Source: an uncultured virus (IMG/VR IMGVR_UViG_3300025159_000001)
Lineage: Duplodnaviria; Heunggongvirae; Uroviricota; Caudoviricetes
IMG/VR virus record: IMGVR_UViG_3300025159_000001
Direction: 5' to 3' (one strand)
Length of the DNA: 64,000 nucleotides
Shown here: positions 38,407 through 47,900 of the stretch, in pieces
Layout of the letters: each line of letters starts with the position of its first letter
Numbering within the stretch: the stretch's first letter is position 1
The notes under the pieces: model-generated
The model's input: the letters and a program-made list of their open reading frames with translations, nothing else
Databases searched by the model: none
What the model was told of the DNA's origin: nothing
Program-made: the position numbers and the translations under genes

Positions 38407-38622
38407 ATGATGGAAGAAAGGGATGCTTTAGAATCAGTTTTAGAATGTTTAGATTATTATGCAGATCATAGTAACTACGAAAGATTTGTTGATCCTGATT
38501 ATTTATGGTCGGGAGAAGAAAAGATTTATGATTCTAGAATAGATGAAGATTTAGGAGATTATGCTAGATATACATTGAGTATTTGTAGTAAAATTTTACA
38601 AAGACTTGTGGAGAAGTTATAA
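38407..38622 (+). CDS. Hypothetical protein
   Basis: 71-aa ORF with AAGGAG RBS. Confidence 0.6.
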   Translation: MMEERDALESVLECLDYYADHSNYERFVDPDYLWSGEEKIYDSRIDEDLGDYARYTLSICSKILQRLVEKL

Positions 38623-38624
38623 AC

Positions 38625-39146
38625 ATGGCAGTGCTTGAGGTTGTCACCAATCCTGCCCCCGTGCTGCGCAGAAAAGCCCGCAAGGTGGCCGAATTTGGGC
38701 CGGATTTGCAGAAACTGGTCGATGACATGGTGGAGACCATGCGAGCCGCCTCGGGCGTTGGGCTGGCAGCACCGCAGGTAGACGTGTCTTTGCGGGTGAT
38801 TGTGGTCGAATTCGGTGACGAGCAGGATGAGGAAGCCCCACCCAAATTGTATACGGTGGTAAACCCGGAGATCGTGCGCGTTTCGCTTGAAACCGAGGTA
38901 GGGAGCGAGGGATGTCTTTCTATCCCCGGATTTGTGGGCGAAGTCGAGCGCCAGGTTGCGGTCACCGTCAAAGGCCAGAACCGGCGAGGCCAAACGATTC
39001 GAATCAAGGCGCAGGGATGGCTGGCGCGCATCTTCCAGCATGAAATCGACCACCTGGATGGCGTGCTGTTTATCGACAGGGCCGAAAAAGTGTGGAGAGT
39101 GGAAGAAGCACTTGATAATAAAAGAGGAATAATGGAGAAATTATGA
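38625..39146 (+). CDS. def: Peptide deformylase (GC-rich, host-derived)
   Basis: GVGLAAPQV, EGCLSIPG and QHEIDHLDG motifs. Confidence 0.95.
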   Translation: MAVLEVVTNPAPVLRRKARKVAEFGPDLQKLVDDMVETMRAASGVGLAAPQVDVSLRVIVVEFGDEQDEEAPPKLYTVVNPEIVRVSLETEVGSEGCLSIPGFVGEVERQVAVTVKGQNRRGQTIRIKAQGWLARIFQHEIDHLDGVLFIDRAEKVWRVEEALDNKRGIMEKL

Positions 39147-39385
39147 CTATTCAAACTAAGCCAGAACCATTTTGCCCTAATTGTGGTGGAAGAATGATTT
39201 TACGCGTACCAAAACCTAAACAATCTTGGAAACCTTTTTGGGGATGTTCTCAATATCCAGATTGTGAGGGTTCAAGAAATATCAGAGAAGATGGAAAGCC
39301 AGAATCAGATGATGACATCATAGACAATTCTTATCAGGGCTATGATCCGTATTTTTTTGAAGGTAAAGACTACTCTGAACGGTAA
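39143..39385 (+). CDS. Topoisomerase-type C4 zinc-ribbon protein
   Basis: CPNCGGRMILR...FWGCSQYPDC. Confidence 0.75.
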   Translation: MTIQTKPEPFCPNCGGRMILRVPKPKQSWKPFWGCSQYPDCEGSRNIREDGKPESDDDIIDNSYQGYDPYFFEGKDYSER

Positions 39386-39638
39386 GCAGGGAATCAAAAT
39401 GTCTAAACTAAGTTTTTGGGATAAAGTATTAGAATGTAAACATGAAAATCTTTATGATGATTTTAGAGGTTGGTTTATAATGTGTAGCACACCTTATTGT
39501 AATTCTATAGGAGAAATTCATTGTAGAGATTGTGGAGCATTTATAACAGAATGTGATTGTTTGACCAACTCTGGTATATCTGGTTGGTCAATGGCCAGAT
39601 GGAGACAATGGGAGAAAAAGAAGTATGGCAATTCTTAG
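39342..39638 (+). CDS. Cys-rich small protein
   Basis: Multiple Cys; true start likely the internal Met (MSKLS). Confidence 0.5.
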   Translation: MIRIFLKVKTTLNGKQGIKMSKLSFWDKVLECKHENLYDDFRGWFIMCSTPYCNSIGEIHCRDCGAFITECDCLTNSGISGWSMARWRQWEKKKYGNS

Positions 39639-39876
39639 AGGCAATAAATGGTATTGTACGATTTGTGATAAAGAGTATACACAAGCTATTGGTGCTACAA
39701 CTTGTGAAAGAAACCATGATGTAATTTATATCCCCTTTTTTAGAGGAGATATTTATAAACTATGGAATTTTATAATGACGGGAGATCATTCTTTACTTTC
39801 AGGGACGTTGATGGACACACTTCTAAAATATAAAGATAAGATAGTTGGGGTTTCTAATGAAGAGGAAATGTTTTAA
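39625..39876 (+). CDS. Zn-finger protein
   Basis: CTIC...C...H. Confidence 0.55.
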   Translation: MAILRGNKWYCTICDKEYTQAIGATTCERNHDVIYIPFFRGDIYKLWNFIMTGDHSLLSGTLMDTLLKYKDKIVGVSNEEEMF

Positions 39877-40090
39877 ATGTGAAGAAGAAATTTTAGACGC
39901 ATATTTTATGTTGGCTATAGACAGACCTTATTATAATCTATTTTTTCATTTAGGTTGTTATAGAGAAATAGAGAATATGGCTTTATTTTTAGAAGAAAAC
40001 AAGGAAAAATTGTATAATTATAATGTAAAAGAGGAAAAAAATGAACGAAAATCAAAAAGAAGACGAAGAAATCTGCCCAATTTGCGGTAG
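39845..40090 (+). CDS. Zn-finger protein
   Basis: CFKC...HLGC. Confidence 0.5.
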   Translation: MGFLMKRKCFKCEEEILDAYFMLAIDRPYYNLFFHLGCYREIENMALFLEENKEKLYNYNVKEEKNERKSKRRRRNLPNLR

Positions 40091-40160
40091 TGATGAATTA
40101 GAAAGACAAGGTAGATGTATAACTTGTATAGAATGTGGATGGAGTAAATGCGAAATTTAA
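40041..40160 (+). CDS. 39-aa Cys-rich peptide resembling the NrdJ C-terminal Zn/redox ribbon (not in the ORF track)
   Basis: MNENQKEDEEICPICGSDELERQGRCITCIECGWSKCEI; GAGGA RBS. Confidence 0.6.
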   Translation: MNENQKEDEEICPICGSDELERQGRCITCIECGWSKCEI

Positions 40161-40462
40161 ATATAGATATGGGCACTCATAGTGAAATGTGTCATTTATG
40201 GCATCCAGGTTGTTTTATCTATAGGTTAGATGATAAAATAAGTTCTTTTCTAGAACATAATACTAAGTATATGTCATATATTTTAATAGCCGATAATTTT
40301 GAAACTGTTCTAGTGGACTATTTACTATCCGCATTAGGTTGGAATATTCGTTCTAATGTAGATAAAGATATAATTCTAATTCAACTTTATAATGGAGATA
40401 TCAAATATAAAGGAACTCCTATAATTATGACGTATCTGAAAAACCAGTTAGAGGTTGTTTAA
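40148..40462 (+). CDS. Hypothetical protein
   Basis: 104-aa ORF. Confidence 0.5.
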   Translation: MRNLNIDMGTHSEMCHLWHPGCFIYRLDDKISSFLEHNTKYMSYILIADNFETVLVDYLLSALGWNIRSNVDKDIILIQLYNGDIKYKGTPIIMTYLKNQLEVV

Positions 40463-41142
40463 TGGTAGAAAAGCTTAGAAATAAAAATCAAATAAGGAAT
40501 CTTAAACAATATGCAGAATTGTCAGATGAGGATTTTGAAGAACTTTGGGCTAAAAAGGTTACTGGAGTAGAAGTTAATAAAGAATTTGAAGAAAGAATCG
40601 AAAGAAAACTAGCTCAATTTGCTGAGGATTATGATATAGACGATTTAAAGATTAATGACAAATTAGTGCTCAGAGCCTTAGCCCAAGCTTTAATTACTCT
40701 TGATGATCTGGAATCTTATTCTTATAGAGAAAGAATTGGTGGTATAGATTTTGATAAAATCCTTTCTATGGAGAAAGTTAATGCAGTAATGACCTCTCTT
40801 AGAAGGGATATTTCTAATATGCAGAATGATCTTAAAATTACAAGAAAAGTCAGGAAGGGAGATAAAGAGGAAAACTTTATAAATTATTTTGAGGATCTTA
40901 AACAAAAGGCAAAAGAATTTTATAGAGAGAAGATGGCGTATGTTTTCTGCCCTAAATGCAAAATGTTATTAGGTACTTTTTGGGTAAGAAGTAATGAAGA
41001 ACCTAAAAATAGATTAGTATTATATTGTGATAGAACTCTTTCAGATGGTAATAAATGTGGAGAAAAAATAACTGTAAACATAAAAGAACTTTATGATAAA
41101 CGTGGTACAAATATTGAAGAAGTTCCGGAGTATTTTAAATGA
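40462..41142 (+). CDS. Coiled-coil + Zn-ribbon protein, possible terminase small subunit
   Basis: Helical body ending L-x-I-T-R-K-x-R, plus CPKC; first gene of the operon leading to the large terminase. Confidence 0.35.
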   Translation: MVEKLRNKNQIRNLKQYAELSDEDFEELWAKKVTGVEVNKEFEERIERKLAQFAEDYDIDDLKINDKLVLRALAQALITLDDLESYSYRERIGGIDFDKILSMEKVNAVMTSLRRDISNMQNDLKITRKVRKGDKEENFINYFEDLKQKAKEFYREKMAYVFCPKCKMLLGTFWVRSNEEPKNRLVLYCDRTLSDGNKCGEKITVNIKELYDKRGTNIEEVPEYFK

Positions 41143-41876
41143 TTACTTTCTCTCAACTTGGAAACTATGGTAGATTTGGAAACCAACTCTTTCAAATAGC
41201 ATCTACTATAGGTATAGCATTAAAGAATGGACATGATTATATATTTCCTATGTGGAAATATTCTGAGTATTTCTCATATCCTTTACCACATTTAAATTTT
41301 TTTGGAAACATAGAATATATAGACGAAAAATTTCAAATAATTGAGGAAACTTCCTCCGGCTATACTGAATTTAATCTACAGAAAAATAAAAACTATGATT
41401 TGAAAGGATATTTTCAAAGTTATAAATACTTTGGAGATTATAAAGAAATATTTTTAAAGTATTTTGAATTAAACAGAGAATATACTATCATTCCTAATGA
41501 TAATGTAATATCTATTCATGTTAGAAGAGGAGATTATATAAATTTACAACATATACATCCTATTTTAGAATTTGAATATTATAAAAAAGCTATGGAACAT
41601 TTCCCAAATGATTCTACTTTTCTAGTTTTTTCTGATGATATGCCTTGGTGTAGAAAAAACTTTAGAGATAAAAATTTTTTATTTATAGAAGATGATCTAA
41701 TAAAAGAATTTAGTTATATGAAAAATTGTAAACATAATATTATAGCAAATAGCTCCCTTTCTTGGTGGGCCGCTTATTTGAATCCTAACCCAAATAAAAT
41801 AATTATAGCACCTAAAGTTTATGTTCTTAATGAGAAAACTGATGATAGAATACCTAAAGAATGGATAAGAATCTAA
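41139..41876 (+). CDS. Glycosyltransferase family 11 (alpha-1,2-fucosyltransferase-like)
   Basis: GRFGNQLFQ, GYFQS, SIHVRRGDY, VFSDD and IIANSSLSWWAAYL motifs. Confidence 0.9.
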   Translation: MITFSQLGNYGRFGNQLFQIASTIGIALKNGHDYIFPMWKYSEYFSYPLPHLNFFGNIEYIDEKFQIIEETSSGYTEFNLQKNKNYDLKGYFQSYKYFGDYKEIFLKYFELNREYTIIPNDNVISIHVRRGDYINLQHIHPILEFEYYKKAMEHFPNDSTFLVFSDDMPWCRKNFRDKNFLFIEDDLIKEFSYMKNCKHNIIANSSLSWWAAYLNPNPNKIIIAPKVYVLNEKTDDRIPKEWIRI

Positions 41877-42484
41877 TGGCAGTATTAGTCAATTCTAGAG
41901 GTTATTGGGAAAATAATACTACTGAAGGACATGGTGTGGATAAAGGATTAGCTAGAGGATTATTAAAATTCTTTGAGTTACAATCTTTAATATTAGATAG
42001 ACAAATTTTTGTGATAGATGTAGGCTGTGGCACAGGTTTTTATACTAATTATATAAATGATAACACAGATAGGGTTATTTGTCATGGCTATGATGGAAAT
42101 CCTAATACACCATTTTTAGCAGGGATAAATTGCGGAGTGTTTGATTTTACTAGAGAAGATGCTTATATTCTTAGAAAACATGATTGGGTTTTATCTTTAG
42201 AAGTTGGAGAACACATCCCTCCTCAATATGAAGATATTTTTATCAATAATTTACATATCCTAAATACTGAGGGAATTGTTTTAAGTTGGTCGATTCCTGA
42301 ATATGGAGGAGATGGGCATGTAAATCCTAAATCTAACAGTTATGTTTTAGATAGGATCACCAAACTAGGATACAGTTTCTTAGAAAAATCTACACAAGTT
42401 TTAAAAGAACAAGTAGCTAAATATCCCCACCCCTGTTATTGGTTTAGAGATACTTTAATGGTTTTTGATAAGGAAAATCTATGA
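41861..42484 (+). CDS. Class I SAM-dependent methyltransferase
   Basis: DVGCGTG, SLEVGEHI and GHVN motifs. Confidence 0.8.
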   Translation: MDKNLMAVLVNSRGYWENNTTEGHGVDKGLARGLLKFFELQSLILDRQIFVIDVGCGTGFYTNYINDNTDRVICHGYDGNPNTPFLAGINCGVFDFTREDAYILRKHDWVLSLEVGEHIPPQYEDIFINNLHILNTEGIVLSWSIPEYGGDGHVNPKSNSYVLDRITKLGYSFLEKSTQVLKEQVAKYPHPCYWFRDTLMVFDKENL

Positions 42485-43188
42485 TTACATATAACTCCCC
42501 CCCTAATTGTCAAGTAGTTGGGTTAGATAATATATATAGAGGTCTATTTAGAAGCCAAGGTTATTTTGTAGATGTGGGTGCATTAGATGGTCTTAATTAT
42601 AGTAATACTCTAGCATTGGCTAATGCTGGATGGCAGGGACTTTGGATTGAGCCGGTAAAAAGATTTTATAATTTTTGTCAAGATAGAATTAATAAAGATT
42701 CTCTAAATATAACAGCGTTGAATTTTGCAGTAGGAAATGTACTAGGAAAAGGAATTATTTATACCGGAGAACATGCGGTAAGTACACTAAATAGAGAATT
42801 TAAAAAAATGTTAGAAAAAGAAGTTTCCTATACAGGTCAAGAGGAATGTGATATTGTGACTCTAGATTGGATTTTTGAAACTATTGTTCCTAAAAATATA
42901 CTGGTTGATGTTCTATCAATTGATGTTGAGGGATATGAATTAGAAGTTTTAAATGGTTTTTCTATTCTAAGGTGGAATCCTAAGATGATTATTATTGAGG
43001 CACATGAGTTTTTTATTGGAGAAAATAGACCAGTTTTATATCCAGAAATAAATAAATATTTCTCCGAAAATCACTATATAAAAATTTATTCAGATGAAAT
43101 AAATAATATATATATAAATCCTAATTGTTTTTTGAGAGGCGGAGGAGTGGAGGAAAATGCTAACTATCTATACAGGTGGGAGTTTTGA
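42481..43188 (+). CDS. FkbM-family methyltransferase
   Basis: VDVGALDG..SNT, GW.GL.IEP and LSIDVEGYE motifs. Confidence 0.85.
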   Translation: MITYNSPPNCQVVGLDNIYRGLFRSQGYFVDVGALDGLNYSNTLALANAGWQGLWIEPVKRFYNFCQDRINKDSLNITALNFAVGNVLGKGIIYTGEHAVSTLNREFKKMLEKEVSYTGQEECDIVTLDWIFETIVPKNILVDVLSIDVEGYELEVLNGFSILRWNPKMIIIEAHEFFIGENRPVLYPEINKYFSENHYIKIYSDEINNIYINPNCFLRGGGVEENANYLYRWEF

Positions 43189-43588
43189 TTTACCACATAT
43201 AGGACATTACAATTTTTTAAGACAATGTAAAGAACTTTTTCCAGACAGTTTTTTAATTGTAGCTTTAAATACAGATGAATTTATTGAGAAATTTAAGGGA
43301 AGAAAGCCCTTATTTTCTTATGAAGAAAGAAAATACTTTTTAGAGTTAATAGAATATGTAGATTCAGTTGTACCTAATGTTGGTAACGAGGATTCTAAAA
43401 AAACTATTCTCATCTATAAACCTAAAATTCTTCTAATAGGAAACGATTGGCTTGAAAAAGATTACTGTTCACAAATGGGTTTTTCTCCTGAATGGTTAAG
43501 AGAACAAAAAATAACTTTGTGCTATCTACCTTATACTGAAGGTATAAGTACAACTGAGATTAAAAGAAGACTAAAAAATGCTGAATAA
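43157..43588 (+). CDS. Cytidylyltransferase/adenylyltransferase (TagD/RfaE-like)
   Basis: GSFDLPHIGH, GNDW and GISTTEI motifs. Confidence 0.85.
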   Translation: MLTIYTGGSFDLPHIGHYNFLRQCKELFPDSFLIVALNTDEFIEKFKGRKPLFSYEERKYFLELIEYVDSVVPNVGNEDSKKTILIYKPKILLIGNDWLEKDYCSQMGFSPEWLREQKITLCYLPYTEGISTTEIKRRLKNAE

Positions 43589-44297
43589 TGTAGTTTGCGT
43601 AACTTTTTCTGGTACAGATATTCATAGAAGATTACAAATTGAGTTTAATAACTTATATAAAGATAATTTCTATACAAACATACTTTATACTTTAGACAGC
43701 ATTAAAAATACTAAATTTTATAATGATAACCTAGACCTGTTTAAATATAGAAAGTATTCTGGCTATTTTCTATGGAAGCCTTATATTATTCTAGAGGCAT
43801 TAAATTCTTTTCCAAATAAATTAATTTTATATATAGATTCCAACCTGAGATTTAAGAATTTTTCAGGATTGGCAAAGTATTTAGATTCTGATTATTTCCT
43901 AATTGGGCATAAAAACTTTATAAACAAACACTGGACTAAAAGAGATACTTTTATTCTTATGGATAGCGATGAGGAAAAGTATTGGGAGGCACATCAAATT
44001 TGGACAACTATACTCGGATTTAATTCTTCAAAGAAAGAATTTTTAGAAGAATATTTACATTATTGTCAAGATGAGAGAATAGTTACGGAACTCCCTAATA
44101 CTCAAGGAAAAGAAAATTTTGAGGGTTTTACAGCCCATCGTTGGGAACAAAGTGTGATGTCTATTTTAGTGGAAAAGTATAATTTAAATTTTCATTGGGA
44201 TTATGATTTTATCCCCCATACTATGTATAAAACTTATCCAGAGGATTTGCTAAAACAAAAGGAAGGGGAGAATAGTGAATTCATTCGATTTCTTTAA
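43578..44297 (+). CDS. Putative glycosyltransferase (GT-A-like)
   Basis: GYFLWKPYII, YIDS and HRWEQSVMSIL motifs; cluster context. Confidence 0.6.
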   Translation: MLNNVVCVTFSGTDIHRRLQIEFNNLYKDNFYTNILYTLDSIKNTKFYNDNLDLFKYRKYSGYFLWKPYIILEALNSFPNKLILYIDSNLRFKNFSGLAKYLDSDYFLIGHKNFINKHWTKRDTFILMDSDEEKYWEAHQIWTTILGFNSSKKEFLEEYLHYCQDERIVTELPNTQGKENFEGFTAHRWEQSVMSILVEKYNLNFHWDYDFIPHTMYKTYPEDLLKQKEGENSEFIRFL

Positions 44298-44952
44298 CAA
44301 AATTTACGCTATTAATTTAGATAGCAGGCCCGATAGATGGAATTCCGCATTGAAGGAATTTGATAGATTAGATATTGTCCCAAGAATTAAAAGAATTCCA
44401 GGTTTTGTAATAAATAAATATCAAGACATTAGAAAAAATGCTTGTATTGGAAACCATCTATCCCATGCTTTTTGTTTAAATCTAGCTAAAGAGGTTAATG
44501 CAAAAAATGTTTTAATTTTTGAGGACGATGTACAATTTATTGACGACACTCTCACTATTCTAGAAAGAAGTATTAACCAACTACCTGAAGATTGGGATAT
44601 GCTATATTTAGGCGCTAATATAGAAAAACCGGCTTATCAAATAAGTGATAACTTAGCCAAGCTAACTTTTGCTTATTCTACGCACGCATATTCTGTAAAT
44701 CTATCTAAACCAGAAAGTTCAGATTTTCTAGATTTATTATTGAAAATAAATCTAGATGAAAATACTATACACAATGATGTAACTTATTGTGAGGAAATTA
44801 TTCCTAATTATAATTGTTATGTTTGTGTGCCTATAATAGCCATTCAACAGCCCTCTTTTTCAGATATAGAACAAAGATTTGTCAATTATGATTGGATGGT
44901 TAGCAGATTTAATTCTAACCTAATAAAAAAAGATGTGGAAGATCAAACCTGA
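44275..44952 (+). CDS. Glycosyltransferase family 25
   Basis: YAINLDSRPDR, SH, LIFEDD, WDMLYLG and THAY motifs. Confidence 0.8.
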   Translation: MNSFDFFNKIYAINLDSRPDRWNSALKEFDRLDIVPRIKRIPGFVINKYQDIRKNACIGNHLSHAFCLNLAKEVNAKNVLIFEDDVQFIDDTLTILERSINQLPEDWDMLYLGANIEKPAYQISDNLAKLTFAYSTHAYSVNLSKPESSDFLDLLLKINLDENTIHNDVTYCEEIIPNYNCYVCVPIIAIQQPSFSDIEQRFVNYDWMVSRFNSNLIKKDVEDQT

Positions 44953-45535
44953 TTTTGTTACTTTCATAATCCCCACATTGGGTAGAAAGAGCTTAAATAA
45001 AACCATTCAATCTCTAATAGATTTAGATGATTGGAATTGGAGAGCCATTATATTATTCGATGGCATAGAACCTATAAAAATAGATTGTATAGATTACTTA
45101 AATGACAATCATTTTATAGTAAAACAAATAGAAAAACTTGGTCATGCAGGATTAGTAAGAAATCAAGCCTTTGATTTAGTAGATACTACATGGACAGCTT
45201 TTTTAGATGATGATGATTTTCTAAAAAGTAGTTATATATCTAAACTTAGAATGTATGCTACAAAACAACCTGAGTTGGATATTATAATATTTACTTATAA
45301 TGATATAGTGAATAAGAATATACAACCTCCACCTGGTACTAGAGATTTTTCATATTGTCACGTAGGTATATCTTTTGCAGTAAAAACAAATTTTATTAGA
45401 GATACAGGAGTTTTATTTCCTCCTGGAGGAATAGAGGACTTCGCTTTTCTAGATTCTTGTAGAAAAGCTGGTGCAAAATATTTAGTCACCAATGACATAC
45501 AATATTTTGTAGGTGGTAGAGGAGTTTGGCGATAA
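44933..45535 (+). CDS. Glycosyltransferase family 2
   Basis: IIPTLGR, G..RN, FLDDDD and ED motifs. Confidence 0.75.
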   Translation: MWKIKPDFVTFIIPTLGRKSLNKTIQSLIDLDDWNWRAIILFDGIEPIKIDCIDYLNDNHFIVKQIEKLGHAGLVRNQAFDLVDTTWTAFLDDDDFLKSSYISKLRMYATKQPELDIIIFTYNDIVNKNIQPPPGTRDFSYCHVGISFAVKTNFIRDTGVLFPPGGIEDFAFLDSCRKAGAKYLVTNDIQYFVGGRGVWR

Positions 45536-46200
45536 TGGGAAAAAATATTAATATTTGCGTACCAACTCTAAATAGATACGATCTATTAGAAAGATTAATA
45601 GACTCTCTATTAAAAAGTACAATTCAGATAACAAAAATTTTTATTGTAGATAATGGGACTAAATTAGATTTAGATTACTTCAACAATAAATACCCCAATC
45701 TATTAATTATTATGAATTTTGGTTATAATTTGGGAATAGCCGCTAGTTGGAATTGGTTTGGAAAATATGTTAATGAGTATAGAATTGTATGTAATGATGA
45801 TATAGTTTTCCATCCCAATGCAGTTAAAGAATTAATTAAAAGTTCAACGCCTGATAGAGTGCCTTTTCCTACAGGTATTCCTGATATGAACGCCTTTTCT
45901 TGTTTTCTATGGAATGATGATATTATAGAAAAAGTTGGCTATTTTGATGAACAAATCTCCCCTAATTATGGTTATTTTGAAGATAATGATTATAATTATA
46001 GGATGAATTTAGTTGGAATAACTATATTACCAGTATCAGAGGCTACAGTAGACCACGATAATAGTTCAACTATTAAGCTATATAGTAAAAGAGAGAAAGA
46101 TGAGCATGATATTAAATTTAGGAGAGCGAGAAGAAATTATCTCAAGAAATGGGGCGGCTTACCTACCAGAGAGATTTTTAAAACTCCGTATAATAAATAA
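45526..46200 (+). CDS. Glycosyltransferase family 2
   Basis: VPTLNR, VDNG, NLGIAASWN, NDD, GYFDE and EDNDY motifs. Confidence 0.85.
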   Translation: MAIMGKNINICVPTLNRYDLLERLIDSLLKSTIQITKIFIVDNGTKLDLDYFNNKYPNLLIIMNFGYNLGIAASWNWFGKYVNEYRIVCNDDIVFHPNAVKELIKSSTPDRVPFPTGIPDMNAFSCFLWNDDIIEKVGYFDEQISPNYGYFEDNDYNYRMNLVGITILPVSEATVDHDNSSTIKLYSKREKDEHDIKFRRARRNYLKKWGGLPTREIFKTPYNK

Positions 46201-46344
46201 TTAGTGTCAATAGTAGAAAAAATAACAAATATATTTAATTTGTCAAATTTTTGTAAAGAACATAATTTAGTAAATTCTTGTATGAATAAAGTTGCTAATG
46301 GTAAATATAAGCAGTACAAAGGATGGAAATTATGTCTATGCTAG
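46201..46344 (+). pseudogene. Relic of a homing-endonuclease C-terminal DNA-binding (NUMOD-like) domain
   Basis: Translates as ...IFNLSNFCKEHNLVNSCMNKVANGKYKQYKGWKLCLC*; no good start. Confidence 0.45.
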
Positions 46345-47900
46345 AGAAGGTTTCACAGGATGAACTTTTCTTATATGAAATTCTAAAAAACCCAGTTCTA
46401 TGTACAGAATTTACATACTCTGTAGATTTGTTAGAACATCAAGTAAGATTTACTTACGACTGGTATCAAAAAGATTTTATCTGTGACTTTAATCAATATG
46501 TTTCCCTTTCCTGTGCTAGATCAGTTGGAAAAAGTCAGGCAATTGTAGGGATTATAATTTGGTTATTAGTTAATAATGTATTTCCTTTAGAATACATTGT
46601 TTACACAGTACCAGGACAAGCACATCTAGAGCCTATCTGGTCTAAGTTAATTAGATATTTTAGAAGTAATTCTTTTCTAAAACTTTTTATAGATCCTAGA
46701 GGGGGAGTTAATGCCTCAGAGCATAGCGTTAAATTGATTAATCATACACATTTGATCTGTAGAATTGCAGGACAAAGCGGTACAGGTGCAAATGTCATTG
46801 GTTTACATACTCCATTTAATATGCTAGACGAGTCTGGATACTATCCTTGGGGTACATGGGTGGAAATGCAGCCTATTTTGAACACATTTACTTCAGGCTT
46901 TAGACAAATGATATCTGGTGTACCAACAGGTTTGAGAGAGAATAATGTATGTTGGCATTGTGACCAAGAAAACTCTAGTTATACTAAGCATAATATCTCT
47001 GCATTACAGAATCCAAGATTTTCAGAAGAAGATAGACTTAAAGCTATAGAACAATATGGTGGTGAAGATTCAGATGATTACTTACATTTGGTTTTGGGAC
47101 AACATGGTAAGCCTATATTTGCATTATTTGATAGAGCATCTATGGCTATTCAAAATTATCCCGTTCATAGACTAACTTTAGATGGTACAAAATTATTTGA
47201 TAATATTGGAGAATATATCACTAAACTAAATATTTTTCCTGGTCTATTGGATAAAAATTCTCCCTGCATATTCGGCATAGATCTTGGATATACAGAACCT
47301 ACGGTAATTCTTATATTAACTTTAGAGAGAAATGGCACTCTAAAATTTCATGGCAGAATTACGCTAGAAAAAGTTAATTATTTTGTTCAAGAAAAAATTA
47401 TAGATATATTAGATACCAGATTCGAACCTGTTGTTATTGGGATTGACGAAGGTGCTGCTGGAAAAGCAGTAATACCTAGATTGACAGAATCTCCAGAATT
47501 TTCTAAGAAAAATTATAAAGATCGTGTCCATCCCGTAAACTTTTCTTCTCAGATTATAATTGGTATAGATTCTGAAGGTAAAGAAATAAAGACCAAAACA
47601 AAGCCTTTCTCTGTGGGAGTTTTACAAGATTACAGTAATAATCATAAAATAATATATTCTTCCACAGATTTAGAATTAATAACAGAACTAGAAAGAATGA
47701 CTTATTCTAAAACTATATCTGGTGATATAGTTTATAGGACTTTAACGGAAAAAGGTGGACAAGCGGGTGCAGATCATATGTCTGCGGCATTACTTTGTGC
47801 GGGTTTAGCGCATTATTTGAATATAGAAAATTTAGACTTCTCCAGAAAAGTTACTAGATTAGCAACTCCTTTCTGGAATTATGGTGGTTATTATGGATAA
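46323..47900 (+). CDS. Terminase large subunit
   Basis: Q motif WYQ, Walker A ARSVGKS, Walker B MLDES, coupling motif SGVP, nuclease GIDLG ... DH; precedes portal and capsid genes. Confidence 0.85.
   Translation: MEIMSMLEKVSQDELFLYEILKNPVLCTEFTYSVDLLEHQVRFTYDWYQKDFICDFNQYVSLSCARSVGKSQAIVGIIIWLLVNNVFPLEYIVYTVPGQAHLEPIWSKLIRYFRSNSFLKLFIDPRGGVNASEHSVKLINHTHLICRIAGQSGTGANVIGLHTPFNMLDESGYYPWGTWVEMQPILNTFTSGFRQMISGVPTGLRENNVCWHCDQENSSYTKHNISALQNPRFSEEDRLKAIEQYGGEDSDDYLHLVLGQHGKPIFALFDRASMAIQNYPVHRLTLDGTKLFDNIGEYITKLNIFPGLLDKNSPCIFGIDLGYTEPTVILILTLERNGTLKFHGRITLEKVNYFVQEKIIDILDTRFEPVVIGIDEGAAGKAVIPRLTESPEFSKKNYKDRVHPVNFSSQIIIGIDSEGKEIKTKTKPFSVGVLQDYSNNHKIIYSSTDLELITELERMTYSKTISGDIVYRTLTEKGGQAGADHMSAALLCAGLAHYLNIENLDFSRKVTRLATPFWNYGGYYG

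Noticed and set aside
38559..39154. Several 65-196-aa ORFs overlapping def on both strands
   Set aside because: Shadow ORFs caused by the local high GC content; def has all three catalytic motifs.
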